A stretch of 60,557 nt of DNA from Candidatus Pacearchaeota archaeon (GTDB lineage Archaea > Nanobdellota > Nanobdellia > Pacearchaeales > UBA284): positions 1-60,557 of the forward strand of contig JAGVWO010000005.1 in assembly GCA_018304245.1 (NCBI GenBank), written 5' to 3'. Under the pieces are notes generated by a model. The model did no database searches and was not told where the DNA came from. It saw only the letters and a program-made list of their open reading frames with translations. The translations under genes and the position numbers were made by a program. Shown here piece by piece: positions 36,280 through 46,350 of the stretch (its first letter is position 1; each line of letters starts with the position of its first letter).

Positions 36280-37260
36280 ATGAAAAGTAAAAAAGAAAAT
36301 AAAAGCACCGAATTGATTCCAATAAAGCTGCAAGAACAATTTAAAAAACAACATTATGGTTTAGTTGGTAAACATTCTGCTGTTCAAATTTGTATGTGGA
36401 CAAAAAGATCATTAAAAGATGAAGGGTCTTGTTACAAACAACAATTTTATGGAATTAAGAGTCATAGATGCTGTCAAATGTCTCCAAGTATTTCATGGTG
36501 TCAGCACAGATGTCTTTTTTGTTGGAGAGCTATTGAAAACACGCTTGGAGAAAAGATGCCTATAAACAATCTGGATGATCCGAAAACAATTATTGAAGGA
36601 TGTATAAGGGAACAAAGAAAATTGCTAGCCGGATTTGGGGGCAATGAAAAAGTTAACAAAAAAAGATTTCAAGAGGCTCAAGAACCAATGCATTTCGCAA
36701 TCTCTTTAGCAGGGGAACCTACTCTTTATCCTAAAATTTCAGATTTGATTAAAGAATTAAAAAAAATTGGAAAAACTTCTTTCTTAGTTACAAATGGAGA
36801 ATGCCCTGATATTCTGGCAAAAATATGTCCACCAACACAACTATATGTTTCATTGGATGCCCCAAATGAAAAAGTTTACAAGATTATTAATCAACCACAA
36901 ATAAAAAATGGTTGGAAAAATTTAATGAAAACCTTAGATATTGTAAAAAAACTCAAGAAAAAAACAAGAACCGTATTAAGATTAACATTGGTCAAAAATA
37001 TTAACATGATTGGTGAAGTAGATTATGCTAAACTTGTCAAAAAAGCAGATCCGATGTTTGTAGAAATAAAAGCATATATGGCTGTTGGATTTTCTCGAAA
37101 CAGACTTGGATTAAATTTCATGCCCCTTCATGAAGAAGTTAGGGAATTCGCAAATAAAATAGGAAAACTTTGCAAATACAAAATAATTGATGAGAAAAAA
37201 GATTCTAGGGTTGTGTTGTTGATGAAACGAGATACTAAGAAAAGAATTATGAAATTCTAA
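36280..37260 (+). CDS. taw1: 4-demethylwyosine synthase Taw1/TYW1 (radical SAM)
   Basis: Radical-SAM CQHRCLFCWR plus upstream Cys residues (C..CYK...RCCQ). Size and C-terminal pattern are typical of archaeal Taw1. Confidence 0.85.
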   Translation: MKSKKENKSTELIPIKLQEQFKKQHYGLVGKHSAVQICMWTKRSLKDEGSCYKQQFYGIKSHRCCQMSPSISWCQHRCLFCWRAIENTLGEKMPINNLDDPKTIIEGCIREQRKLLAGFGGNEKVNKKRFQEAQEPMHFAISLAGEPTLYPKISDLIKELKKIGKTSFLVTNGECPDILAKICPPTQLYVSLDAPNEKVYKIINQPQIKNGWKNLMKTLDIVKKLKKKTRTVLRLTLVKNINMIGEVDYAKLVKKADPMFVEIKAYMAVGFSRNRLGLNFMPLHEEVREFANKIGKLCKYKIIDEKKDSRVVLLMKRDTKKRIMKF

Positions 37261-37935
37261 TTATTTCCCTTTCTCTAAAATTTCTGCCTTGGTTCCTTTT
37301 TCTTCACAGAATTTGACAAAGTTTTCGGCATCTGTTCTTGAACCAACAATTGTTCCGTAATGCATAGGGATTGCAAGTGTTGGTTTGATTAATGAAGCTG
37401 CTTCTGCAGCTTCTTCTGAATTCATTGTAAAATTTCCACCGACTGGAAGAAGAATGATAAATTGATTATCTTTTTTTGCATAACCTGTTAATTTTTCCAT
37501 TTCTTTTATCTTATCTGTATCTCCTGCATGATAGATAACAAGGCCGTTTGATTGAATCAAATATCCCACCCAATACTCGCTTTTTGGATGAAATTGTTTT
37601 TTCTCATTATATGCTTCGATTGTTTTTATTTTAATATCCGCTATATTAAACTCTCTTCCGGGTTCTGCTAACATTAAATTAAGTTTTGCGTTTAATCTTG
37701 TTGCTTTACTCTGAGAATCTGGTGTGCAAATCAACGTTGTTCCATCCCTAATGATTTTATCTAAATCTTGTTGTGAAAAATGGTCATAGTGGCTATGTGT
37801 TATTAAAATAATATCTGCTTTTTCCTTTTCATTTTCAGATATTTGAAATGGATCAATATAAATTATTTTTTCATTTAATTTTATTTTAAACCCAGAATGC
37901 CCCAACCAAATAATTTCAGAATTTCCTAACTTCAT
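37261..37935 (-). CDS. MBL-fold metal-dependent hydrolase (UPF0173-like)
   Basis: IIWLGHSGFKIK, ILITHSHYDHF, HAGDT. Confidence 0.8.
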   Translation of the reverse strand: MKLGNSEIIWLGHSGFKIKLNEKIIYIDPFQISENEKEKADIILITHSHYDHFSQQDLDKIIRDGTTLICTPDSQSKATRLNAKLNLMLAEPGREFNIADIKIKTIEAYNEKKQFHPKSEYWVGYLIQSNGLVIYHAGDTDKIKEMEKLTGYAKKDNQFIILLPVGGNFTMNSEEAAEAASLIKPTLAIPMHYGTIVGSRTDAENFVKFCEEKGTKAEILEKGK

Positions 37936-37948
37936 TTATTGCCCCTGA

Positions 37949-38347
37949 TTAATACCTAAATTTTAATGTCTTTGAATAAAATATGCTTGCTAAAATCCCC
38001 ATAATAAAAGAATCTATCCTAAATGTAATTAATGAAATTATAGAAACTATTAAAAGAACAACCCATAAACACTTTGTTCCTTTTAAAAAGAATAAGGAAA
38101 AAGCTAAAATTAATGCTAATGCAATCCAAATAACAACAACAAGATCCACTAGAATAGGTATTGTGTGTATTGTCTGCAAAGATATATTTGGGTTGAGTTT
38201 TAATTCTGATACAAATCGTTGTTTATTTACCTCTAAATAAACTGAATTAATAATAAGAAACAAAATTGCTGCTACAGACAAAGCCATCGCAAGTGTTAGA
38301 TATGTTTTCTGTTTGCTTTCCTCTTTTCCATAACGCCTCTTTTGCAT
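37949..38347 (-). CDS. hypothetical membrane protein (4 TM)
   Basis: 132-aa ORF with four hydrophobic segments. Confidence 0.45.
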   Translation of the reverse strand: MQKRRYGKEESKQKTYLTLAMALSVAAILFLIINSVYLEVNKQRFVSELKLNPNISLQTIHTIPILVDLVVVIWIALALILAFSLFFLKGTKCLWVVLLIVSIISLITFRIDSFIMGILASIFYSKTLKFRY

Positions 38348-38393
38348 ATTTCTGATTGTGTTTTAGAATTTATAAATATATTGAAGAAAAAAA

Positions 38394-39692
38394 TTAGGGT
38401 GTAAATCGATTCATTGTCCTAGGGAATGCAATTGTGTCCTTCACATTATCTACACCGGTTATCCATTTGATTACTCTCTCTGTACCCATACCAAAACCTG
38501 CATGTGGGATGCTCCCATACTTTCTTGTATCTAGATAATAACTATAATCTTCTATTTTTTCTCCCTTACTTTTCAAAGTTTTTGTTAATTCTTCTATACT
38601 TGTGTCTCTTTCACTTCCACCCATAATTTCATGATTTCCCTCTGGTCCTAGTAAATCAAAACAAACAGCAACTTTTGGATTTTTTGGATCTCTTGGTTTA
38701 TAAAAAGCCATGATTTCTTTTGGATAATGGGTTACAAATAAAGGAACGTCATAAAGTTCCATTAATTTATCTTCTTCGAGTGTTCTGAGATCTTTTCCCC
38801 AAGGAACATTCATTTTGCATTTTTCTTTCAATAATTTTAATGCTTCGTCATAAGTAATTCTTGGAAATTTCTTTTTTAATGTTGGTTCTAATTTTTTTGG
38901 ATCTCTTCCCAAGATTTTTAATTCTTCTTGATTATTTTCTAAAACTCGCTTAATTATATGTTTAATTAATTCTTCTGCATAATCCATTAATTCATCTAAA
39001 CCAATCCATGCAACCTCCATCTCTTGCATCCAAAATTCAGTTAAGTGTCTAGAAGTTTTACTTTTTTCTGCTCTGAATGTTGGGGCCATTGTATAAATTT
39101 TTTCAAGAGCAAACATTGCAGGTTCTGCATAAAGTTGCCATGTTTGAGTTAAATAAGCTTTTTTGCCAAAATAATTTACTTCAAATAATGTTGGTCCTTC
39201 TTCTGCACCACCTGGAATAATTACTGGACTTTGAAATTCATAAAATCCCTTACCCCTGTAATATTCATGAACTGCTCCGAACACCGTACTTCTAATTTTC
39301 ATTATTGCAGTCATCTTTCTGCTTCTTAACCATAAATGTCTCCTATCTAATAATAAATCCTCGTTTAATTCTTGAGTAATTGGATATGCTTCAGAATAAC
39401 CCACAACATTTAATTTCTTAACATCTATTTCATACCCTGTTGGGGCTCTTTTATCTTCTTTTATATCTCCTTCTATTTCCATTGAACTTTCAATTAGGAT
39501 TTTTTGTAATGCTTCCCATTCTTTTTTAGAAACATGTTCTTCCTTAACAACACATTGAATTATCTCTGAAGAATCTCTTAAAACAACGAATGCTTTATCT
39601 TTCATCTTTCTTTCACGATAAACCCATCCACGAATAGCAATATTTCCTTTACCTTTTTTTATTGCTTCTTTAATTGAAATGAATTTTTCCAT
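38394..39692 (-). CDS. asnS: asparagine--tRNA ligase
   Basis: Class IIb OB-fold N-terminus. Motif 2 FRAEKSKTSRHLTEFWMQEMEVAW (AsnRS-type). Motif 3 GFGMGTERV...AFPRT..R..P. Confidence 0.88.
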   Translation of the reverse strand: MEKFISIKEAIKKGKGNIAIRGWVYRERKMKDKAFVVLRDSSEIIQCVVKEEHVSKKEWEALQKILIESSMEIEGDIKEDKRAPTGYEIDVKKLNVVGYSEAYPITQELNEDLLLDRRHLWLRSRKMTAIMKIRSTVFGAVHEYYRGKGFYEFQSPVIIPGGAEEGPTLFEVNYFGKKAYLTQTWQLYAEPAMFALEKIYTMAPTFRAEKSKTSRHLTEFWMQEMEVAWIGLDELMDYAEELIKHIIKRVLENNQEELKILGRDPKKLEPTLKKKFPRITYDEALKLLKEKCKMNVPWGKDLRTLEEDKLMELYDVPLFVTHYPKEIMAFYKPRDPKNPKVAVCFDLLGPEGNHEIMGGSERDTSIEELTKTLKSKGEKIEDYSYYLDTRKYGSIPHAGFGMGTERVIKWITGVDNVKDTIAFPRTMNRFTP

Positions 39693-39781
39693 TTTGATTA
39701 TCCCTTTTTTTCTAATTTATTAAGATATTTGTGTTTTAAAAGATTACTAGTCAAAAGAATTTAAATCTATTCCAATGACCT

Positions 39782-41164
39782 TTAGTCATTAGAAACTACC
39801 AAAACTCTATTAGAGCTTGCATATTTCCTCTTATCTCTTTGATTCAAATAGTGAACAACTGTTTCTGGAAGAATCATTGTCCCTATAGGTCTTACCTTTG
39901 AATAAATAACATATGAAACGATTATTTCTTCTCCTGGAAGAACTGTTCCAAATCTCCAAGTCAACCTATTTCCTTCTATCTTTTCTGGCTTTGCTGCGCC
40001 GAATTTTTCATATAATTGTGTGACTCCTGGAATTTGATCAATCATTGTTACCTCTTTTGCTTCTTGTGAAATGTTCTTTGCAAATAAAATTACCTTTACT
40101 GCAAATTCTCCACCTTTTGTTTGCATTTTTATTGCTTTCTTCCTCACAATGAGTCTTGGCCTTCTAACAATTATTAAGGAAATTGTTGAAATAATTAACA
40201 ATGCTAAGATGATTATTGGTATAGTGTAGTCCGTTGATGCCTCTACAATTAAAGATTCACCAGGTTTAAGCTCTTTTTCCCATGTTTGTTCTATAAACCA
40301 TGCATTTTCACCTTCAGATGTTGGTGCAAGATTGTATGATGTAAATGCTCTTTCAAACCGATTCTTGGTTAATTCTGCAGAAACTAATTTGATTGTATTC
40401 CCATCATTTTTCTTTGTGATTATTGTCTTGAATCCAAAAAATCCTCTTTTAACGGTTTCTGAAGAAGTAATTGTTGAAATCTCTGTTACTGTCGCATTTA
40501 CACCAACAGTATAATTATATTCCTTGTTTAAATAGAATGTTACTCTTATTGGATATTTTCCTGCAACTATTGTCTTGATATCTGATGTGAATGGGACATT
40601 AATTGTCTTAGATTCTTTTACTGGCATTGAATCTGTTTTTGAAATTTTTCCCAATTCTGATTCAATATAAATTGTTGCATTTCCCAAATCTATGTTTTCT
40701 GGAACGCTGATATTCAATCCAATTGCAATGTCGTCTCTTGCAATATCTGCAACAGTAATTCGGATTATGTCTTTTAATGGAAGAACCTTAAGTTCAACAA
40801 GGTCTTGCATTGCGCCAGCTTTTTCTCCTTTAATATAATAACCATATGCAAATTTCCCTTTTTGGTCTGCTCTCTCTAATGGTAAGGCACTAAAAATAAA
40901 ATTGTAAACTTCAAGACTTTTTACTGGAAAAGGGGTTAAAGGGAGTGTCTTTATGTTAACTAGGCTATATACTTTAAAATAATCTTCTCCTCCGGTATTA
41001 ACTAATGTAAAATTATATGTTGCTGGAATGCTTAGTTCAGATGCAACTACGTCATGGATTGGTGTTTTTTCAAAACTGAATGCAGATGCATTTAATGTTA
41101 ACGATACAAAAAATATAGCAAAGAACAATGCTAAAAGACTCTTTTTCATGAAAAAGCTATACAA
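39782..41164 (-). CDS. secreted/membrane protein with DUF11-like C-terminal domain after a TM segment
   Basis: Signal peptide (LLALFFAIFFVSLTLNASA). TM IPIIILALLIISTISLIIV. C-terminal LTWRFGTVLPGEEIIVSYVIY pattern. The start may be Met6. Confidence 0.5.
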   Translation of the reverse strand: MYSFFMKKSLLALFFAIFFVSLTLNASAFSFEKTPIHDVVASELSIPATYNFTLVNTGGEDYFKVYSLVNIKTLPLTPFPVKSLEVYNFIFSALPLERADQKGKFAYGYYIKGEKAGAMQDLVELKVLPLKDIIRITVADIARDDIAIGLNISVPENIDLGNATIYIESELGKISKTDSMPVKESKTINVPFTSDIKTIVAGKYPIRVTFYLNKEYNYTVGVNATVTEISTITSSETVKRGFFGFKTIITKKNDGNTIKLVSAELTKNRFERAFTSYNLAPTSEGENAWFIEQTWEKELKPGESLIVEASTDYTIPIIILALLIISTISLIIVRRPRLIVRKKAIKMQTKGGEFAVKVILFAKNISQEAKEVTMIDQIPGVTQLYEKFGAAKPEKIEGNRLTWRFGTVLPGEEIIVSYVIYSKVRPIGTMILPETVVHYLNQRDKRKYASSNRVLVVSND

Positions 41165-41271
41165 AAGGTCATTTAAATATTTTTTCCTTTTAGAAATTAC
41201 TATTTAGTTGTAGAAAATTAAATTTTTGATATTTTTGCCTACTTTTTAATCAACTATTTTTTAATAATCTT

Positions 41272-43341
41272 TTAAACACTTACGTGTGTTTCATGTCCTT
41301 CTTTTTTTAGATAAATTATTTTTTCGACAAAATTTTCTATTTGTGCTTCATGACTTACAATTATAAGTTGTTTAACTTTTATTTCATTAAGAACTTGACG
41401 CATTTTTTCAAGTTGTTTTGAACTAAACCCTTCTGTTGGTTCATCTAAAATCAAAAGTTCTCTTGTTTTTATTCCGGTCAACATTGAGTTTATTACTTGA
41501 TTTAATGCAAGACGATATGCTAGGGCTAGGGCTGTTCTTTCTCCCCCACTTAAATATTTGTAACTAATATCATGCCCTGCTTGTTCAATCATTGGACTAA
41601 ATTCCTCATCAATTCTTGCTTGCATGTTCTCATTTTCAATTAACATTGAACTCCAATTCTTGAAAAGAGAATTAAATTCATAATTTAATTTTAACATAAC
41701 TTGTTTCTCTATATTAGATAAAATCTCTGAAAAATTCTTTGAAAAGAAATCCTGTAATTTTTGAATTTTGCTTATTTGATCAACAATGTTTCTTTTTCGC
41801 CCTATTTCTAATTCATACTCTTTGATGGCTCTTTCAAGATCTATCGTCCTTTGACTTAAAGAAGTCTTTTCAATTATCGCATTTCTTTCAGTAATCTCTT
41901 TTTCCCTAAATTCTTGTTTTAATTTATTCAAATCTAATTCAAGATTTAAAAAAACCCCTATTTTATCTGCGTTTTCGCCTATTTGTTTTTCAAATTCTGC
42001 AATATTTTTTTCTAAGATTTTTATTTGTTCTTTTAATAGGGTTTCTCTTTTTTCTTTTTCTGAAATATTTTGAAGTTTTAACTCATTTAATTCAAAACAT
42101 CTTTCTCTTTCTTTTAATATCTTTATTTCTTTCTCAATAATGTTTGCTTTTTCTTGCAATTCGTGTATTTGTTTTTGATTTAATTCTAAAGCAGAAGAAA
42201 AACCCTGTATTTTTTCTAAAATTTCTGATGAAATTTTTTCCTTGTGTTTATCATCAACTTCTTGTTTACAAACAGGACATTGTTTTAGTTCTGAAAAATT
42301 CTTTAGGTTATTTAGAAGATCTTCTCTTTTTGATTTTATTTGAGCTGAATTTAATTCAAATGTTCTATGTTTTTTTTCTGTTTGCTCTAATTCATCTTCC
42401 TTGTCAGAAATTATTTTTTTAATATTTTGAATATTTTCATTAAATTCTTCTTGTTTAATTTGCCCCTTAAGTGTCTTGATATTTAATTCGAGTTCAGACA
42501 ATTCTAAAATTTTTTCCTTAAGAGAACCCTTTTTTTCCCTTAATGAAGATTCTATTGATGCTGTCTTCTCTTTAATTTCCCTTATTTTTTTTATCTCGTT
42601 CTCTTTTGTCTCGACTAATTTTCTCTTTTCTTCTAATTCTTTTTCTATAACAATGAGTTTTTTGTTTGCAATTTCAAAACCCTCTTTTACCCTTGAATTT
42701 TCTTCCTTTTTCAAGATAATTTCTTTTTCTTTAATTGGAAGATCGAATACCTGTCCTTCTTTCTCTTTCTTTTTTTCTCTTAATTTTAAAAGAAAAATTT
42801 CACTCGCATTTAAAATTCTTTTATATTTATCTATATCAAAAACTTTTCTCAAAGTATCTATTCTTTCTTCCTTATCTTCTATCAGGATTTTTTTCATTTC
42901 TTCCTGTGGAGTATATACTGTATATCTATAAACCAAATTTTGTTTGTTGATAAGTTGAGAAGGATATCCTAAAATATCAATAACAAATGTTTTCAATTCT
43001 TTTGTAGATAATTCTTTTTTAATTCCATTAAAACTCAAGAAGCAATTTTCTTGAGAAATGCTCCCTTTTGAATCTCTTTTCAAATTCCTACTTACAGTAT
43101 ACTCTGTTCCATTGATATCAAAAACCAATTCTATCTTGCCTTCTTTTTCTCCATTTCTTAAAAGGGCGCTTCCTTCAATAATTCCTTTTTGCAATCCAAA
43201 TAAGGCAAATTCTAAAGATAGAAGCAAGGTCGTTTTTCCTGAACCAATATCCCCACTTAAAAGGCTTTTTCCTTCTGAAAAATTAATTTCTTGTTCTAGA
43301 TAGCTTCTTATATTTTTTAGTGAAATTTTTTTTATTATCAT
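41272..43341 (-). CDS. rad50: DNA double-strand break repair ATPase Rad50 (short, 689 aa)
   Basis: Walker A SGDIGSGKTT, central zinc hook CPVCKQ (Cys355/358), signature LSGGERTALALA, Walker B LLILDEPTEG. Immediately downstream of mre11. Confidence 0.9.
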   Translation of the reverse strand: MIIKKISLKNIRSYLEQEINFSEGKSLLSGDIGSGKTTLLLSLEFALFGLQKGIIEGSALLRNGEKEGKIELVFDINGTEYTVSRNLKRDSKGSISQENCFLSFNGIKKELSTKELKTFVIDILGYPSQLINKQNLVYRYTVYTPQEEMKKILIEDKEERIDTLRKVFDIDKYKRILNASEIFLLKLREKKKEKEGQVFDLPIKEKEIILKKEENSRVKEGFEIANKKLIVIEKELEEKRKLVETKENEIKKIREIKEKTASIESSLREKKGSLKEKILELSELELNIKTLKGQIKQEEFNENIQNIKKIISDKEDELEQTEKKHRTFELNSAQIKSKREDLLNNLKNFSELKQCPVCKQEVDDKHKEKISSEILEKIQGFSSALELNQKQIHELQEKANIIEKEIKILKERERCFELNELKLQNISEKEKRETLLKEQIKILEKNIAEFEKQIGENADKIGVFLNLELDLNKLKQEFREKEITERNAIIEKTSLSQRTIDLERAIKEYELEIGRKRNIVDQISKIQKLQDFFSKNFSEILSNIEKQVMLKLNYEFNSLFKNWSSMLIENENMQARIDEEFSPMIEQAGHDISYKYLSGGERTALALAYRLALNQVINSMLTGIKTRELLILDEPTEGFSSKQLEKMRQVLNEIKVKQLIIVSHEAQIENFVEKIIYLKKEGHETHVSV
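42268..42279 (-). other. Rad50 zinc-hook codons (CPVC)
   Basis: The minus strand reads TGT CCT GTT TGT. This is residue 355 of 689. Confidence 0.8.
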
Positions 43342-43342
43342 T

Positions 43343-44605
43343 TTAACTCCAAATTTCCTTTAAATCCAATATGGCAACAAGATCATTTGTTATTCTCGTA
43401 GCAAAAGTGTCATTTGTTTCACCCTCTATTTTTTCAGTGTCCATGGTTTTCATTAAAACCGTGAGCCTTTCTTTTTCATCAAGTGAAATTGCTTTTTGTT
43501 CTAATGCAGAATTGATTACATGACTTTCTATCTCCTCCATTGTTTTGCCCTCACTTTCATCTATTTGCATTTCAAATTCTTTGCTTTCTAATTTGGAAAT
43601 ATTTCTTAATAAACAGTAGATATTACGAGATTCAAAATAAGTTTCTATTTCATCAAAAGAAATGTCTGAAATTTTTCCATTTTCCATTATTCCTTGAATC
43701 TTTATTGCAACTATTTTATTTTCTAAATCTAAATTTTTAGCTTCAGAGAAAATTTTCTCCCTTAATGAAATTGGATTTAAACCATCTGCCCTTACATCTA
43801 TGAATTGTACTTTTTTTGTCTCTATTGGGATTTCCCTTATATCTGAAATCTTTGTATCTTCTCCTTCATTAAAATTAACAATAAGGAAATTTCCTCTTTT
43901 ATTTTCAACAAGTTCTGAAAAATTATTTGGGAATAATGCCCCGGGATAAGCAAAAACCTCTCCTTTAATCTCTTTAATAAGTGGGTTATGAATGTGGCCT
44001 AATGCAAAATAATTGAATTTTTTTAATTTTTCATTTTTTAAAATTTCTTCTGCTGAAATTGCATTGATGTTACCTTTTTCAACTTGATTGAGCATTGATT
44101 CTGGAAGAAGTTCTTTTATTGTTGTATGCAATCCTAGGATGTTAAATTTGCTCTCATTAACTTCTCCATTAAATTCCAAAAGATCTTGTTGTTCTAACCC
44201 TAATTTTTTCCCAGCTAAACCTGAAAGAAAATAAGGTTTATCAAAAAATACTTTTTCAGATAGTTTGTTTAGATTAGAAAGATTATAAGAAATATTAATA
44301 CATAAACCAGCCTTTTCCAAAACTGTTATCATTGTTTTGCCACTTGCAGAAAAATCATGGGAACCGGGAATAATATAACAGGGAATTTGTTGCTCTTTTA
44401 GTTCTTTTAAATTTTCTGCACAAGATGCAATAATTTCTATGCTTGGAATAGCTGTATCAAACAAATCTCCTCCAATCAATATGAAGTCTACTTTTTCTTT
44501 TATGCTAATTTCTATTGCTTGTTTAAATGAATTCAAATTAAGTTCTTGCATCTTTGGTTCTCTCCAAGAACCTAAATGGCAATCTGCAATATGTGAAAAT
44601 TTCAT
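43343..44605 (-). CDS. mre11: DNA double-strand break repair nuclease Mre11
   Basis: Phosphoesterase motifs HIADCHLG, GGDLFD, IIPGSHD, ALGHIH. Start set at MKFSHIADCHLG (the ORF track offers Met six codons upstream). Confidence 0.9.
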   Translation of the reverse strand: MKFSHIADCHLGSWREPKMQELNLNSFKQAIEISIKEKVDFILIGGDLFDTAIPSIEIIASCAENLKELKEQQIPCYIIPGSHDFSASGKTMITVLEKAGLCINISYNLSNLNKLSEKVFFDKPYFLSGLAGKKLGLEQQDLLEFNGEVNESKFNILGLHTTIKELLPESMLNQVEKGNINAISAEEILKNEKLKKFNYFALGHIHNPLIKEIKGEVFAYPGALFPNNFSELVENKRGNFLIVNFNEGEDTKISDIREIPIETKKVQFIDVRADGLNPISLREKIFSEAKNLDLENKIVAIKIQGIMENGKISDISFDEIETYFESRNIYCLLRNISKLESKEFEMQIDESEGKTMEEIESHVINSALEQKAISLDEKERLTVLMKTMDTEKIEGETNDTFATRITNDLVAILDLKEIWS

Positions 44606-44674
44606 AATAAAAAACAGAATCAAAGATATTTAAGAATTGTTATTGTTCTCTAGTCTGTTTATAGTCTCTTAAGA

Positions 44675-44857
44675 TTATTTGTTAAAGAAAGGAATTTTTA
44701 ATGAAAATTTTTTTTGTGTTTCTTGAATTTTTTCTGCTGCTTCTTCTACATCTTGGGAATTATATCCTGCATTTAATAGACTTATTTTTGCTAATTCTAT
44801 GGACTCTCCTCTTTCCATTGCATTTTTTATTGCCCAAATAAGATCCTCTTTTACCAT
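44675..44857 (-). CDS. small hypothetical protein
   Basis: 60-aa ORF between the RNase J and mre11 genes on the same strand. No motif recognised. Confidence 0.3.
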   Translation of the reverse strand: MVKEDLIWAIKNAMERGESIELAKISLLNAGYNSQDVEEAAEKIQETQKKFSLKIPFFNK

Positions 44858-44868
44858 TTTTTTAATTT

Positions 44869-46212
44869 TTAATTAAGATTTATACTATCGCCATTAGACA
44901 TCAAATGAATATCTTTGTTGACTGCATATCCTACCTCTGTAGCAAGCTCTGCTAATGCTTTTCTTCTTCCAATTTCTGCATGTGCTGGAATTATGTGCTG
45001 TGGATTTAACATAGTTATTAAATCTCTAAGATCCTCTCTGCTACAATGTCCAGAAACGTGCACATCTGTAAAAATTCTTACTCCTTTTTCTTTTAATCTT
45101 TTATCTACAACCCCCCTATTTTCGAAATTTATTGGGGTTGGGATAATCTTAGATGAAAAAACAACATGGTCACTATGTCCAAGCCGATATGGAAGTCCCC
45201 CTCTAGACATTCTTTCAAGAATACTCCCTGGTTCTCCTTGATGACCTGTACAAACAAGAAGCCAATCTTTTTTATTTTGATTTGCTTTTTTCAACTTTCT
45301 TTCAAGTTGATCTCTAAAAGTTACTAAATTAATATCTTGCATGAATGGAACAAGTTTAGCATTATTTGCTGCACTAACATATTTATGTAATGATCTTCCA
45401 ACAAATAAAATCTTCCTATTCAGTTGTTTTGCACAATCAACTATGCTCTTTAATCTCGCGATATGGCTCGAAAAAGTAGTTACAACAATGCCCTGTCCTT
45501 TATTTTCTGTTGTCAATAAAACATCTTCTAATAAACCTCGTGCAATTTTTTCACTTGGTGTTTTCCCCTCATGATCTGCATATAATGACTCTACAATTAA
45601 AGCTAATACTCCTTGTTTTCCAATTTCCCTCAATCGGTCGTAATCGGGTCTCTTTCCAATGATAGGGTTATTATCAAATTTAAAATCATTAGCATAAACT
45701 ATTGCCCCTTTTGGTGTATGAACTACTATTAAAGATGCTTGCGGAGTAGAATGTGTAATATTCAAAAATTCTACCTCATATTTTTTACCTTGTGTCATAA
45801 ATGAAGAATTGGGGGTTACCCTCCTTATAGGGTTAAGTTTTGGTCTATTTTGTCTATTTTCTCTATCTTTTAATAATGAATTTAAAACTTCTATAGTGTA
45901 TGGTGTTCCTGCAACTTCTGCATTGTAATGATTCCCAATATAGGGAATTGCCCCAACATGATCTAAATGTGCATGAGATAAACAAATAGTTTTAATTTTC
46001 TTTTTAACATCTAAACTTAATTTGTCATCTTCAGGAAGGGCTCCAATTTTCCTTAATCCTTGTTCTGAAACAAATTTTTTCTCTTTTTCTTCAAGTTCAA
46101 CTATTGGTGGAAGATAAACACCCATATCAAAAGCTATTGCTTCGTTACCCAAGTCTATGACTGACATGTTTTTTCCAACTTCATTATATCCGCTAACTGA
46201 ATGAAATTTCAT
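44869..46212 (-). CDS. rnj: beta-CASP ribonuclease, archaeal RNase J type
   Basis: MBL motif CLSHAHLDHVGAIPYI. beta-CASP blocks (TFSSH, CTGHQGEPGS) and C-terminal HVSGH. Length of ~450 aa is typical of archaeal RNase J. Confidence 0.85.
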   Translation of the reverse strand: MKFHSVSGYNEVGKNMSVIDLGNEAIAFDMGVYLPPIVELEEKEKKFVSEQGLRKIGALPEDDKLSLDVKKKIKTICLSHAHLDHVGAIPYIGNHYNAEVAGTPYTIEVLNSLLKDRENRQNRPKLNPIRRVTPNSSFMTQGKKYEVEFLNITHSTPQASLIVVHTPKGAIVYANDFKFDNNPIIGKRPDYDRLREIGKQGVLALIVESLYADHEGKTPSEKIARGLLEDVLLTTENKGQGIVVTTFSSHIARLKSIVDCAKQLNRKILFVGRSLHKYVSAANNAKLVPFMQDINLVTFRDQLERKLKKANQNKKDWLLVCTGHQGEPGSILERMSRGGLPYRLGHSDHVVFSSKIIPTPINFENRGVVDKRLKEKGVRIFTDVHVSGHCSREDLRDLITMLNPQHIIPAHAEIGRRKALAELATEVGYAVNKDIHLMSNGDSINLN

Positions 46213-46284
46213 TTTATTCTCTTAATTCTCCTTATATTATTAATAAAAAAGGCTTTTATAATCTTATCTGCATTAGAGATAATG

Positions 46285-46333
46285 CTTTATTGTCACTCAT
46301 TAGTAGGTATAAAACAAAAGCTTTAAATAGTTT
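46285..46333 (+). promoter_or_regulatory. 49-bp upstream element, copy A (identical to 48246-48294), contains TATA-like CTTTAAATAG
   Basis: CTTTATTGTCACTCATTAGTAGGTATAAAACAAAAGCTTTAAATAGTTT. It ends 17 nt before the ATG at 46351. Confidence 0.6.
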
Positions 46334-46350
46334 CTAACAGTAAAGATAAT

